A stretch of DNA of 64,000 bases from Sedimentisphaerales bacterium (GCA_963708075.1 OY970194.1:992001-1056000); one strand, 5' to 3'. Counted from the first letter of the stretch, positions 1 to 10,178 are shown. A program made the numbers and translations. Notes: generated by a model from the letters alone, not told the origin.

Positions 1-713
1 TGGCCGTCTCGCTGGTGTGTGATCGAGTTGCCCACGCGAGCCTGATCGCTGGTTCCAAAACGGACGCCGCTGCTGCCCACGATGTCCGGCCGAAAGGTGG
101 CCCAGACGCTCGGGTTCGCTGCCGGGCTTATGATCCACGGACTTCGATCGGCCGCAACGGCAAGGTTCGGGTCGCGGGAAGTGGTTAGGACATACCCCCC
201 GTAGGGAATGTGGTACGTGTAGCTGCAATGCTTCATAGCCTCGGCAGGCGGACCGAAATCCCAGAGATCGGCCAGGTCAAAATGCCGGGACATGTCCACA
301 TCGGACAGCACGAACTCCCTGGTCCTGCGATCTGCTTTGCAGACAAAGAGCCTGGGGGGGGCTCCGAGGTACTTGACGAGCAGGTAGAAGCTCGCGCTGA
401 TACTCGCCGTGCCGCCCCTGTCGTCCATTGACACGTTGAAAGCCATCCGGCGGTCTGTTGCTATCCAGTATGGGGTCGCCCCCCAGACTGTGCTCGGCCC
501 GCCGGCGCGGGGCAGCGCGCCTTCGTTGTCATCCGCATAAATGAACATGGCTTTGCCGATCTGGGCGAGGTTGGCTGCACAGAGGGTGCGAATGGCCTGC
601 TCCCGGGGCTTGGCGAACAGCACCGGCACAAGAAGGATCAATAGCAGACCCGTGGCGACGATAACTATAGCATCTGCGTGACTCCGTCGACTCGAATTGT
701 GTTGCTCCGCCAT
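1..713 (-). CDS. Prepilin-like / DUF1559-type planctomycete protein, runs off the left edge (missing from ORF track)
   Basis: Manual translation from ATG 713 (SD GAGGGAG): MAEQHNSSRRSHADAIVIVATGLLLILLVPVLFAKPREQAIRTLCAANLAQIGKAMFIYADDNEG...CSYTYHIPY...AADRSPW...NSITHQRDG. Matches the 'C..NL.QIG.A...Y..D' and C-terminal H..G pattern of planctomycete pilin-like proteins; no stop before position 1. Confidence 0.8.
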   Translation of the reverse strand, partial: MAEQHNSSRRSHADAIVIVATGLLLILLVPVLFAKPREQAIRTLCAANLAQIGKAMFIYADDNEGALPRAGGPSTVWGATPYWIATDRRMAFNVSMDDRGGTASISASFYLLVKYLGAPPRLFVCKADRRTREFVLSDVDMSRHFDLADLWDFGPPAEAMKHCSYTYHIPYGGYVLTTSRDPNLAVAADRSPWIISPAANPSVWATFRPDIVGSSGVRFGTSDQARVGNSITHQRDG

Positions 714-855
714 TTTCTTCCTCCCTCGCAAAGGGCCTTGACCAAAAATGTCCGGCGCTCGGTTCCACCTCCCGCAGGACACATTCCGCATGCATGACAA
801 TTATACCTGATCTCGGCGGCAATGACAAGAAATCCTCATGGCCCAAGGGTCGGCG

Positions 856-884
856 TTGACGCGATGGCAGGGGCCGTGTATAGT
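856..884 (+). promoter_or_regulatory. sigma70-like promoter of the CDF gene
   Basis: TTGACG-17 bp-TATAGT, about 30 bp upstream of ATG 914. Confidence 0.6.
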
Positions 885-913
885 GGGTCGTGTACAGGTC
901 GGGGATATGGTAG

Positions 914-1858
914 ATGCATGATCACGATAAAGGGCACGGGCAGGGGGGGACACACGGGCGTCACGACCACAGCTCGGACCTGCGCGCTGCCTCGCGCAGG
1001 AGGCTCTGGTGGACGCTGGCCATCAATCTGGCCTTTCTCTTCATTGAATTCATCGGCGGCCTCGTCACCGGCAGCCTGGCCCTTCTGGCCGACGCGGGCC
1101 ACATGCTGACGGACGTGCTGGCGCTGGCCCTGGCGATTTTTGTGGCGCACCTGGCGACCCTCCCGGCGACACCGGAACGAACCTTCGGATTCCTCCGCGC
1201 GGAGGTCGTCGGCGCCTTCGTCAACGGCGGTACGTTGATCCTGATTGTCGGCATGGTCTTTTTCGAAGCGATTCGGCGATTCATCCACCCGCCGCAGGTC
1301 CAGGGCGCCGGCATGCTGCTCATCGCCTTTGCCGGCCTGCTGGCGAATCTGGGCAGTGCCCGGATCCTGTCCCGCAGCCGGGCGGAGAATGTGAACATCG
1401 AAGGGGCGTTCATCCATATGATGGCCGACGCCCTCGGCTCCGTCGGCGCGATCATCGCGGGCGCGGTGATTCTGCTGACCGGCTGGATGCCCGCCGACCC
1501 GCTGGTGAGCATTGTGATCGGCCTGCTGATCCTGTGGAGCAGTGTAGGCTTGCTCCGCCGGACACTCGCCATCCTGATCCACGCGACGCCCAGCCACCTG
1601 AACTTCCACGAGGTCCTGGCCGCCCTCGAAGCCAACGAGCACGTTGCCGCGGTACACGACCTGCACATCTGGCTGGTGACCACCGGCTTTCCCGTGCTGA
1701 CCGCCCACATCTGGCTCAAGCCGGAGTGCTCCGAGCCCGTTCACTGGCAGCGCGCCCTCCACGAGATGCAGCAGGTGCTTCGCGAGCGATTCGACATCGA
1801 CCACGCCACCCTGCAGCTCGAGCCCGCCGGCTACGTGGAACGGTCCGCTCCGAAGTAG
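914..1858 (+). CDS. czcD: Cation diffusion facilitator (Zn/Co/Cd efflux)
   Basis: His-rich N-terminus, SLALLADAGHMLTD, HMMADALGS, VHDLHIW and HATLQLE CDF motifs. Confidence 0.93.
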   Translation: MHDHDKGHGQGGTHGRHDHSSDLRAASRRRLWWTLAINLAFLFIEFIGGLVTGSLALLADAGHMLTDVLALALAIFVAHLATLPATPERTFGFLRAEVVGAFVNGGTLILIVGMVFFEAIRRFIHPPQVQGAGMLLIAFAGLLANLGSARILSRSRAENVNIEGAFIHMMADALGSVGAIIAGAVILLTGWMPADPLVSIVIGLLILWSSVGLLRRTLAILIHATPSHLNFHEVLAALEANEHVAAVHDLHIWLVTTGFPVLTAHIWLKPECSEPVHWQRALHEMQQVLRERFDIDHATLQLEPAGYVERSAPK

Positions 1859-1903
1859 TGGCTCATCCGGCTATTGCATGCTTCCTTGCCTCTTGGGGAC
1901 TCC

Positions 1904-3491
1904 GAGGCTGTGAGAGAATTCGAATTACTGTGATGGTTCGACTGCATCTCTGCGACCTGATCGGTCCTTGTTCATTCTGTAGATCTCAGTCTATTCAGGT
2001 TCGTTCAGGGGTCGATCTGTCTTGTCCAAACCTCCATCAGTTCAGCAGCCGGCCCGATCGGGCCCTGGGGCGGTACTCTATGCCCCTTTTGGACTCTCAG
2101 CCCACCAATAATGCCTCACCAAAATGTATCATGTTGTACGCCAGCGCAGACCACAGCGCAACACAACGCACCTTGTGCAGCCCACGGACCAGCAATCGAG
2201 CCAACCCGCGATAGGTCCGCAGATCGGCGTTGACCGTCTCACTGGTCGCCGCCCGTTCCTTATAGATGCTCTTGCCTTCTTCACTGGCCATGCGCGTCCG
2301 CCAGGCGGCGATCTCAGGGCTGTCCGTCTTACGCACCTGACAGGGGTCCACACACCCTCGACCGCCCTGCGGCGGAGCGTAGATGCGTACACCCGCCTGC
2401 TCGGCCGCCTGGATCTGCTCCAACTTGACAAAGCCTCCATCCATCAAGTGCTCCTTCACCTGGCCGTCCGTACGCTCCTCGACGTGCTCACGCATCGGCG
2501 CACTCTCGGCCTTGTCCGTGCCCGCGTTGGTCACGTCCACGTCCAGGATCGCTCGCGATTGCGTGTCGCTGGCAAACTGCAGGTTATAGGCTGGACGAAA
2601 GCCGCCATCAGGCATTTTCATCACACGGGCTTCACTGTCGGTCGTCGAGGCACGCGGCGGGCTGGGTTTGTCCCGCTGATTGTTCCGCGCCTTGGGCTTT
2701 GACCTTCTTGATCTCCTCCAAGGCCCCCAGCGCCTTTTCCACTCGCTCCAGCCGCTCTCGAGCCGCTCGTTCTTTCGCCGCCACCTGCCGCGCATGGCGA
2801 TCCGTAAGGGCGGGCGACTCCCGCTGGGCCTTCAGAGCTTCCACCTGGCCCTTGGCCTGGTCGAGCAACTCGTTCAATCGCCGCTCCCGTCGAAAACTGC
2901 CTTTGCCGGCGCTGGCCCGCACACGCATCCCATCCTGGCTGATCCGATGCACGCTGACCAGCTTACGCTCCATCAGCATCGCCAGCACCTCGGTCATCAG
3001 ACCGTCCAACGCCTCTTCATGACTGACGCGAAAATCACTCAACGTGTGATAGTTCACGCCAACCCCGCCGCACAGCCAGCGATACGCCGCATGATGCTCG
3101 CACAGCCGCTCCAACTCCCGCGCACTGCCCACCCCCTGGGTCGCCGCATACAACCACAATGCCACCAGCAAGCGAACGTCCGTCGCCGACCGCCCGGCCT
3201 GTCCCTCACTGACCTTCAGTCCCTCGGTAAACTTCGACAGGTCCAGCCGCTCCACCACGGCCCAAAGCACCCGCACGTGATGGCCCGGCGGGATCGTCTC
3301 TTCCAGGGACAACGGAACCATCCGCGTTTGTGACCGGTCCGGCCGACGAAACCGCAACGGACCCGCAGGCACACAGTCTCTCGAATCTTGTTCCATCTCA
3401 CTAACCTGAGATTCCATTCCCGGCAGAGTTCCTTGCTCTTTCATGCCCGTTATTCTACCATCCCCGTCAAGACCGATTTCTTCACAGCCTC
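1904..3491 (-). mobile_element. IS1182-family insertion sequence
   Basis: Terminal IRs GAGGCTGTGA(GAGAAT) at 1904 and its reverse complement (GATTTCT)TCACAGCCTC ending at 3491; flanking TCC direct repeats at 1901-1903 and 3492-3494; encloses a transposase. Confidence 0.85.
2097..3444 (-). CDS. IS1182-family DDE transposase (frameshift near 2695)
   Basis: N-part with 'LWLYA..GVGSARELER...AYRWLCGG..VNYHTLSDFR' and 'SQDGMRVRASA'; C-part with 'ASTTDSEARVMKM.DGGFRPAYN', 'LMDGGF' and 'YKERAATSE'. The halves join if one C is removed from GCCCAAG. Confidence 0.88.
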
Positions 3492-3564
3492 TCCGTCCCC
3501 GGTTGCGGATCGCCCCTTCGCCACGGAGTACACGGAAGATGGACGAGCCAGTCTTCTCGCGTTC

Positions 3565-4194
3565 TCAGTGGAATGGGAACAGGATGAAGACGGCGATGTC
3601 CCAGATCGTATGGCTGACGGCGTTCAGGACCATGGAGCGGTACCTGCTGTAGAGCCAGCCCCAGAAGAGCCCGCACACCCCGGCCGCCAGAACCAGCATC
3701 GGGTTGCCGCCGGCGATGTGGATAGCCGTATAAACGGCTGCTGCAAGCAGCCAGCCTGACCGCTTGCCCAGAAGATTCTCAAAGCGACTCTGCAGGAAGC
3801 CTCGCCAGAACAACTCCTCGCCCGGGCCGATCACGCAGATCATCAGCAGGACGATCCGTATGGCAGACGCCTGTCCTTTGAAATCATAGACCCCGGAGAT
3901 GTCACTGGCCGCGCCGGCCAGCAGATAGCGACTGATCTTGTCCCCAAACCAGAAGACCATGTAGAGCATACCCGCCGACAGAATGCCCAACGCTGCTTTG
4001 CGAGCGGGGTGGTCCTTGAGATCGGCGACGAGCAGATGTCGCCATTCGCGGTCCAGGCGCGCCACGACCGCCAGGAGGATGAGCAGATTGGCAGTCATCC
4101 ACCACCAGAAATCGACCGCACCGACCCCTGCCGTGATGAACAGCGGAACGAACAGTGCGAGTGCCAGCAGTAGTATGCCGATTGTCAATTTCAC
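3565..4194 (-). CDS. CPBP-family (CAAX/Abi) intramembrane metalloprotease
   Basis: EELFWRGFLQ, YTAIH and SHTIWD motifs; multiple TM segments. Confidence 0.9.
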   Translation of the reverse strand: MKLTIGILLLALALFVPLFITAGVGAVDFWWWMTANLLILLAVVARLDREWRHLLVADLKDHPARKAALGILSAGMLYMVFWFGDKISRYLLAGAASDISGVYDFKGQASAIRIVLLMICVIGPGEELFWRGFLQSRFENLLGKRSGWLLAAAVYTAIHIAGGNPMLVLAAGVCGLFWGWLYSRYRSMVLNAVSHTIWDIAVFILFPFH

Positions 4195-4212
4195 GGCGGA
4201 CGATTCCCGCGA

Positions 4213-5175
4213 CTATCCCAGCAATGCGTGCAGGCCCAACGCTGCCACACACAGCAGTCCGAAGAGGAGATTTAGTTGGGCCGTAGCTCCGTCCATGGCG
4301 GCGAATGCCTCGCTGTCCCGCGGGTCGTGTCGCCCGGCGCCCGTTTTCGCCAGCCGGACGGCCAAAGGCATGGCCAACAGAGTGATGAGAAATGTCGCGG
4401 GCATCCTCGGTGAAAGGGTGGTCACGTGTGTCAGGAGCACGAGAAGAACAATGATGGTGAACGGGGCGAACAGAAGCACTCTCTGGTAGGTCTGCGATCC
4501 TGGGTCTCCGAGGCAACTGGCGACGGTGCGGATCTTCCCGTCCGTGTCACTGCCGATGTCGCGCCAGTTGTTCGAGTGGAGAATGGCGATGACCAGGAGC
4601 GACATGGGAATGGCCCAGACCGCCGGCACCCAGGACAGATGACCCGTCTGAACCGTCCACGCGCCCAAGGCGCCCAGGACGCCAAAATTCAGAAATACGG
4701 CGAGGTCGCCCAACGCATGATACTTCAGGGGCCACGGCCCCCACGTGTAGAGAATCCCGCCAAGGACCCCCACGGCGCCAAGGCAGAGAATGGGAATGCC
4801 CACCCGGCTGACAATGTAAAAGCCGATCATCGAGCCGATGGCAATGCACGCCGCGCTGCCGACCAGCGCCTGGCGTGGGGTGATCCATCCACGGACCACC
4901 GCACCGCTCGCGGGATTGACCTGCCTGTCGATGCCGTTGCGATAATCGTATACGTCGTTGAGCATGTTGGCCCCGACCTGAAGCAGGGCCATGCCCAGGA
5001 ACGAAAGCAGGAACAGGGGCAGGTCGAAGGCGGCCTCCCCGATGACGACGGCCAGAACGGTTCCAAAAGCCACGGACATGGTCGAGGCTGGAAGGGACCA
5101 TGCCCGGCCCGCCACCAGGCAAAGCCTGGCCCACGACGTGGGGGCAATCTGTTGTACGTTCATGTCTGATGTCAT
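4213..5175 (-). CDS. menA: UbiA-family prenyltransferase, MenA-like (DHNA polyprenyltransferase)
   Basis: NDVYDYRNGID and NNWRDIGSD Asp-rich motifs, LKYHALGD; start moved to ATG 5175 with GGAG SD. Confidence 0.78.
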   Translation of the reverse strand: MTSDMNVQQIAPTSWARLCLVAGRAWSLPASTMSVAFGTVLAVVIGEAAFDLPLFLLSFLGMALLQVGANMLNDVYDYRNGIDRQVNPASGAVVRGWITPRQALVGSAACIAIGSMIGFYIVSRVGIPILCLGAVGVLGGILYTWGPWPLKYHALGDLAVFLNFGVLGALGAWTVQTGHLSWVPAVWAIPMSLLVIAILHSNNWRDIGSDTDGKIRTVASCLGDPGSQTYQRVLLFAPFTIIVLLVLLTHVTTLSPRMPATFLITLLAMPLAVRLAKTGAGRHDPRDSEAFAAMDGATAQLNLLFGLLCVAALGLHALLG

Positions 5176-5336
5176 TTCTGACTCCTGTACACATAACACG
5201 CACGAGTTATGGTTGGCGGACCCGAGCCGATGAATTGCCGGCTTCGCCTGCAACTCTCGGCAGGGCCAGATTTTGCTTGCACCGCGTGGATAAGTCAATA
5301 GGATATGTGATGAATTCACATATGGGAGATAATCTC

Positions 5337-5687
5337 ATGCAGGAGTTGACAAGCTGTGCTTGTACGGGCAAGTCCTTGCCGAAGCTCGTGAGGCCGGCGG
5401 TATTGTCCGTGCTGGCAAAGGGGGCCTCGCATGGGTACGCGATCCTCGATGAACTGAAGCGGCTGACCTTCTGCGGCGATTGCCCGCCGGACCACACCGC
5501 CATCTATCGGTCGCTTCAGGCCATGGAGACAGAAGGTCTGATCGCGTCGGACTGGGAGCATCCGCAGAGCGGCCCGGCGAAACGCAACTACAAGCTTACG
5601 CCCAGGGGCAGGGCTTGTCTCAGGAAATGGAAGAGCACGCTGCAGGACTATAAGCAGACGATTGACATGCTCCTGCGGCTGCTATAG
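5337..5687 (+). CDS. PadR-family transcriptional regulator with extra Cys motifs
   Basis: HGYAI...IYRSLQAMETEGLI...GPAKRNYKLTPRG wHTH; N-terminal CAC and internal CGDC; GGAG SD before ATG 5337. Confidence 0.88.
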   Translation: MQELTSCACTGKSLPKLVRPAVLSVLAKGASHGYAILDELKRLTFCGDCPPDHTAIYRSLQAMETEGLIASDWEHPQSGPAKRNYKLTPRGRACLRKWKSTLQDYKQTIDMLLRLL

Positions 5688-5719
5688 CAGGGGAGGAATG
5701 TGACGAGAGAGCCACAGTT

Positions 5720-6820
5720 ATGAAGAAGGTGCAATTGGTTTTTGTCGGGGGGTTTCTTGGGGCGGGCAAGACGACACTGCTGTGGCGCGCGGCCGAGTTG
5801 CTTGCCAAACGCGGCAAGCGGGTCGGGCTGATCACGAACGACCAGGCACCTGACCTGGTGGATACCAAGTGGCTCGCGGGCAAGGGTTTGAACGTTCGCG
5901 AGGTCGCCGGCAGTTGCTTTTGCTGCAATTTCTCCGCCCTGATCAAGGCGGCGGAGAGCCTCCGGGCCCTCGACGCCGATGTCCTGATCGGCGAGCCGGT
6001 CGGGAGTTGCACAGATCTGTCAGCCACGATCCTGCAGCCGCTCAAGGACAAGTTCGGGGACCGATTTGTTCTCTCGCCGCTCTCGGTACTGGCCGACCCG
6101 CTGCGACTCGGGAATGTCCTGAGCGACACCGGGGATTCGCTCCACGCCAGCGCCGCGTACATCTTCCGTAAGCAACTAGAGGAGGCCGATCTGCTCGTCA
6201 TCAATAAGGCGGACCTGATATCGCGCGAGGAGCAGGACCGGCTCCACCGACTCATCACCGTACAATTCCCACGAGCTGCCGTGAGGTGGTTGTCCGCACG
6301 CACTGGAGAGGGTATCGAGTCCTGGCTGAATGAGGCGCTCTCGACACGAGCGGCAGGATCGCGCATTCTCGATGTGGACTACGACGTGTACGCGGAGGGC
6401 GAGGCCGTGCTCGGCTGGCTGAACGCGGAGATTCGGTTATCCGCCGTCAGCGGCAGCGTCGAGTGGCGGGCATTCTGCTTGGATTTGTTGAAGGAATTGC
6501 ACACGGCTTTCCGCGATAGGTGTGCTCGTATTGGCCATGTGAAGCTGCTGCTGACCGCTGGGGGCGGCCACTGCATGGGAAACCTGACAAGCCAGGATTC
6601 CGAGCCGCTTCTGCAGGGCCAAATCGACGGCTCCCCGACCCAAGCCAGCCTCACCCTGAACGCCCGCGTGGAGATGCCGCCGGAGGACTTGGAGCGGATC
6701 GTGCACGATACACTGTCGAAAGTTGCAGGCCGGCGCATGCAACCGGACATCCTGACCCTGCGGTGCCTGCGTCCCGGCCGACCGCGGCCCACCCATCGCT
6801 ATGACACGATTGTAAGTTGA
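5720..6820 (+). CDS. CobW/COG0523-like G3E P-loop GTPase (metallochaperone)
   Basis: GGFLGAGKTT Walker A, GSCFCC metal motif, EPVGSC, NKAD. Confidence 0.88.
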   Translation: MKKVQLVFVGGFLGAGKTTLLWRAAELLAKRGKRVGLITNDQAPDLVDTKWLAGKGLNVREVAGSCFCCNFSALIKAAESLRALDADVLIGEPVGSCTDLSATILQPLKDKFGDRFVLSPLSVLADPLRLGNVLSDTGDSLHASAAYIFRKQLEEADLLVINKADLISREEQDRLHRLITVQFPRAAVRWLSARTGEGIESWLNEALSTRAAGSRILDVDYDVYAEGEAVLGWLNAEIRLSAVSGSVEWRAFCLDLLKELHTAFRDRCARIGHVKLLLTAGGGHCMGNLTSQDSEPLLQGQIDGSPTQASLTLNARVEMPPEDLERIVHDTLSKVAGRRMQPDILTLRCLRPGRPRPTHRYDTIVS

Positions 6821-6828
6821 TCGACAGT

Positions 6829-8784
6829 TCACTCGACCCACGGCCGTGCCTGCTTGATGCAGAGGCGGCCATCTGCCGTGATCTTGAATTCGATCTCCAT
6901 GGCGAAACTCCGATCCCAGGGCGAGACCCCGTAAAGAAGTCGAAAATGCCCCTGGATGCGGCCCATCATGTCGGCCAACTGAAAGACCTGCTCTCGCGTC
7001 AGAATGTGGCCGTCAGGGATAAGATTCGAGCGGCGAATGTACTGGATCTCATAACGTTCCTCGCCCGCCAGGTCTGCAACCAGGAACTCGTCGGGAATCG
7101 AGGACTGCGGTGGATTTGTCACGAGGTCCTCGCCTATCTGGACGTTCACATAGTAGCCGCGCCAGTTGGGGTCATAGATATTCTTCGTCACGCCGACGCC
7201 GTTCGCCTGTTCATCCTCGTAGTTCGGGTGCACCAGCACGCCCATGGCCGCCCGCAAATGATCCACGCGGTAGAACTCCCGCTCCTCAAATGCTCGATAC
7301 GTCCACAGGCTGGACCACACCTGTTTGACGGTCTTGGCGATATGTCCCTCGTCTGGATGATGAGTGTAGGAGTCGTATAGCCCCGCGCCATTGAAATGGG
7401 GCAGGTCCTCATTGTTGGTGCTGGAGCGGCAGCGAAGCGATGTCCCTTCAGCGTAGGAATGGTGCATCGACGCAAGGGCATCGAGCATCCAGGCCGGTGT
7501 CGTTCCATTGCGCAGCTTCCGGCGAAACGCGTCCAATTCGCTTTCGCGAGTCTGCGGATTGTCGCGGAAGGCGGGCTTAGCCATCATGACGACGGCGGCA
7601 TCGTAAAAGCCGTTGTGCTTCATGAACCCGTCATAGAAATAAAAGGGGACCGCAAAGCCTTCCGGGGACATGTCGGTGGGGAGGAAGCGCCCCAACTCCG
7701 CTACATTGGCGGCCTTGGCGCCGAAGCTATTCGAGTCCGCAAAGCCGATCTCCGTCAGGGGGGCAATAGCGGTAACGCTCAAGTCCCGCGGCGGTATCTG
7801 AGGCTCCTTCGGGCGGATGGACTCAAGAAACGCCTCGACCTCCGCCGAGGACGCCTCTTCGAGGGAGTAGCCCTCGGGCTGGGCGACAAAGTGCACGTAC
7901 TTGCCAACCATCGCAAGGATATCGGGCCGGGTGGTCGCATCCCGGATGAACGCGTTGGGCGTGTGGTTCTGCTGCGCCTTGAGATTGACATGCGACAGGG
8001 GCGTTTGAGGGACCTCCGTAATGATCCCGGCCACGTGGCTCAGTGTGTTCGGGATTGCCCGATAGACCACGATATCACGGGCAGACACCGTCTCGGCGCC
8101 CTGAATGATCTTAAGCCGTCCATAGGCCTCTCCCGTCGTCAGAGCGGCGTAGCTGACTTGCCCAAAGAGGTCTTCGGTTTGGATGACGGCCACCGGGGAT
8201 GCCTCATAGAGGTCTCTCTCCATCTCATACAGGGCCCGTTGGGTCTCGCCCGCGGCGTGGTAGAAGAACTTGCCTTCCACAAAGGGCATCTGGTCGGCGA
8301 TCAACTCATAAGCCAGACGGACAAACCGGAAAGTCACCGGGTCCGTCGGCCAGAACTCCAGCGTGTAGATGCCCCGGACCGCCTCGTTCGGCTCGTACTT
8401 GTCATGGGCGATGATGCTTCCGGCCAGGTTCCTGCGAAACTCGGAAAAATACGTCTCCCGTTCGAATGTCTCCAAGTCAATCGTCCAGCCCAGGCACTCC
8501 ACGACAAAATCGTAGTGGTACTGATAATTCTGGGTATTCTGGAAGTACAGTCGGGGCGTGGGGGTGTCTACGCCTGTGATTGTGAACTTCACCTCGGGCA
8601 CCTGCATTGCACCGGGAAAGTTGTTGCGATCCGAATACAGATCGAAGGATGCGCGATCCTCAATCGTGAGGGTCCCGCAACTGTCGGACAGCCAGGCCGG
8701 CCTGGCATCGGCAGGCAGGCAAATAGCCGGCAGAGCGCCGATTATGAATGCGACCCACACTTGTGTCATGCCGGGCTTCATCAC
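6829..8784 (-). CDS. Dikinase-like protein (phosphohistidine swivel + PPDK_N ATP-grasp) with predicted signal peptide
   Basis: AGIITEVPQTPLSHVNL, FGAKAANVAEL, RSSTNNEDL...GAGLYDS, MEIEFK...IKQARP; hydrophobic N-terminus ending LPADA. Confidence 0.8.
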   Translation of the reverse strand: MMKPGMTQVWVAFIIGALPAICLPADARPAWLSDSCGTLTIEDRASFDLYSDRNNFPGAMQVPEVKFTITGVDTPTPRLYFQNTQNYQYHYDFVVECLGWTIDLETFERETYFSEFRRNLAGSIIAHDKYEPNEAVRGIYTLEFWPTDPVTFRFVRLAYELIADQMPFVEGKFFYHAAGETQRALYEMERDLYEASPVAVIQTEDLFGQVSYAALTTGEAYGRLKIIQGAETVSARDIVVYRAIPNTLSHVAGIITEVPQTPLSHVNLKAQQNHTPNAFIRDATTRPDILAMVGKYVHFVAQPEGYSLEEASSAEVEAFLESIRPKEPQIPPRDLSVTAIAPLTEIGFADSNSFGAKAANVAELGRFLPTDMSPEGFAVPFYFYDGFMKHNGFYDAAVVMMAKPAFRDNPQTRESELDAFRRKLRNGTTPAWMLDALASMHHSYAEGTSLRCRSSTNNEDLPHFNGAGLYDSYTHHPDEGHIAKTVKQVWSSLWTYRAFEEREFYRVDHLRAAMGVLVHPNYEDEQANGVGVTKNIYDPNWRGYYVNVQIGEDLVTNPPQSSIPDEFLVADLAGEERYEIQYIRRSNLIPDGHILTREQVFQLADMMGRIQGHFRLLYGVSPWDRSFAMEIEFKITADGRLCIKQARPWVE

Positions 8785-8875
8785 CAGACCCCATGGCTAT
8801 AGTTTGCCTGTCTGCTCACAACTCAGGCACGATCCTATTATACCAAAAAGCAGGCCCGAGCAGCGGGGTTTCCGT

Positions 8876-10096
8876 AGGGCTATCGCATCTAAATTGAGCC
8901 TTTGCAGGCATGGTTTCGTATTCTTCTCAGAAGCAAGACACTTCAAGTAGAGAGGAATACGTTTTTGATGAAGAAATCGATTTGGGATCATTTTGCCGCG
9001 GTTCCTGATCCTCGCGTGGAGCGGACGAAACGGCATGAATTACAGGATATTCTGGTCATTGGCGTCTGTGCCGTGATCTGCGGGGCTGAGCACTGGACGG
9101 ACGTAGAGATGTTCGGCAACGTCAACGAGGAATGGTTTGGCACGTTTCTGGACCTGCCCAATGGCATTCCATCGCATGATACCTTTGGTCGGGTCTTTGC
9201 CGCCCTGGACCCGGATGCGTTTGAAGCGGTCATGCAGGCGTTTGTGGCGGATCTGGCCGGCAGCAGCCGGGGCAAGCACATCGCCATCGACGGCAAGACC
9301 CTGCGAAACAGCTTTGATCGGGTCCGTGCCAAAGGCCCGTTGCACATGGTCAGTGCCTGGGTCCACGAGAACTGCGTGGCTTTCGGCCAACGGGCGGTCG
9401 ATGCCAAGAGCAATGAGATCACCGCGATCCCGGAGTTGCTCAAGCTGCTCGACGTGGAGGAGGCAACCATCACGATTGACGCCATGGGTTGTCAAAAGGA
9501 GATCGCCGAGCAGATCGTCGATCAGGGCGGCGACTATGTGCTGGCCCTCAAGGCTAACCAAGGGACTCTGTACGAGGATGCCCGGATGTACATGGAGGAC
9601 GGCATCGCCCACGGGTTTGCCGGCGAGCAGGACTTCTGGGAAACCGTGGAAAAAGGCCATGGACGACTGGAAACCCGGCGGGTGTGGACTACCAGCGATG
9701 TGGGATGGCTGCAAGGGCGTCACGACTGGCCGGGTCTGGGCAGCCTCACGGCCATCGAGCGAGAGCGTCAGGTCAACGGCCAGTGCGAACGAAAGCGACA
9801 CTACTTCATCAGCTCCCATCCGGGACACTGTGCCCAGCGTCTGGGGACATTGATTCGCCATCACTGGTCCGTGGAGGTCCAGTTGCACTGGTCGCTGGAC
9901 GTGAGTTTCCATGAGGACGCCAGTCGAGTCCGAGTGGCCAACGCCGCCGAGAACTTCTCGCGATTGCGTCGAATCGCCCTGATGCTGCTCAAGCAGGAGA
10001 AGACGGCCAAGGGCGGCATCGCCGCCAAACGCCTCCGAGCCGGCTGGGACCGAGACTACCTGCTTAAGGTCCTTGGCATTTAGATGCGATAGCCCT
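8876..10096 (+). mobile_element. ISAs1-family insertion sequence
   Basis: Perfect 19-bp IR AGGGCTATCGCATCTAAAT (8876-8894 / 10078-10096); direct repeat GGGGTTTCCGT at 8865-8875 and 10097-10107 (9-11 bp depending on where the ends are placed). Confidence 0.93.
8968..10083 (+). CDS. ISAs1-family transposase (intact)
   Basis: [62 protein letters not shown]. Confidence 0.95.
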   Translation: MKKSIWDHFAAVPDPRVERTKRHELQDILVIGVCAVICGAEHWTDVEMFGNVNEEWFGTFLDLPNGIPSHDTFGRVFAALDPDAFEAVMQAFVADLAGSSRGKHIAIDGKTLRNSFDRVRAKGPLHMVSAWVHENCVAFGQRAVDAKSNEITAIPELLKLLDVEEATITIDAMGCQKEIAEQIVDQGGDYVLALKANQGTLYEDARMYMEDGIAHGFAGEQDFWETVEKGHGRLETRRVWTTSDVGWLQGRHDWPGLGSLTAIERERQVNGQCERKRHYFISSHPGHCAQRLGTLIRHHWSVEVQLHWSLDVSFHEDASRVRVANAAENFSRLRRIALMLLKQEKTAKGGIAAKRLRAGWDRDYLLKVLGI

Positions 10097-10178
10097 GGGG
10101 TTTCCGTCCCTGTGCAATTTGTTGTGAAGAGGCCCTTCAAATCACCTATAGAGTCTGCGGTTTTTGTGTCGCAACCGG

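Noticed and set aside
210..846. ORF-track entries 210-431(+) and 529-846(-)
   Set aside because: Shadows of the real minus-strand pilin-like gene (713 to <1), which the track missed because it has no stop in the window
2690..2710. Programmed frameshift in the IS1182 transposase
   Set aside because: No slippery heptamer, and IS1182 transposases are normally single ORFs; simpler as an indel
3521..3540. Short CACGGA direct repeat downstream of the IS1182 end
   Set aside because: Only two short units; too little to support a feature
7396..8802. Long antisense ORFs such as 7396-8802(+), 12555-13829(-), 42202-43584(+), 60230-61621(-)
   Set aside because: They mirror well-supported genes on the opposite strand; expected in GC-rich DNA and show no recognisable motifs
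10110..10142. Possible Rex operator TTGTGAA...TTCAAA upstream of etf
   Set aside because: Spacing and right half-site do not fit TTGTGAA-N4-TTCACAA
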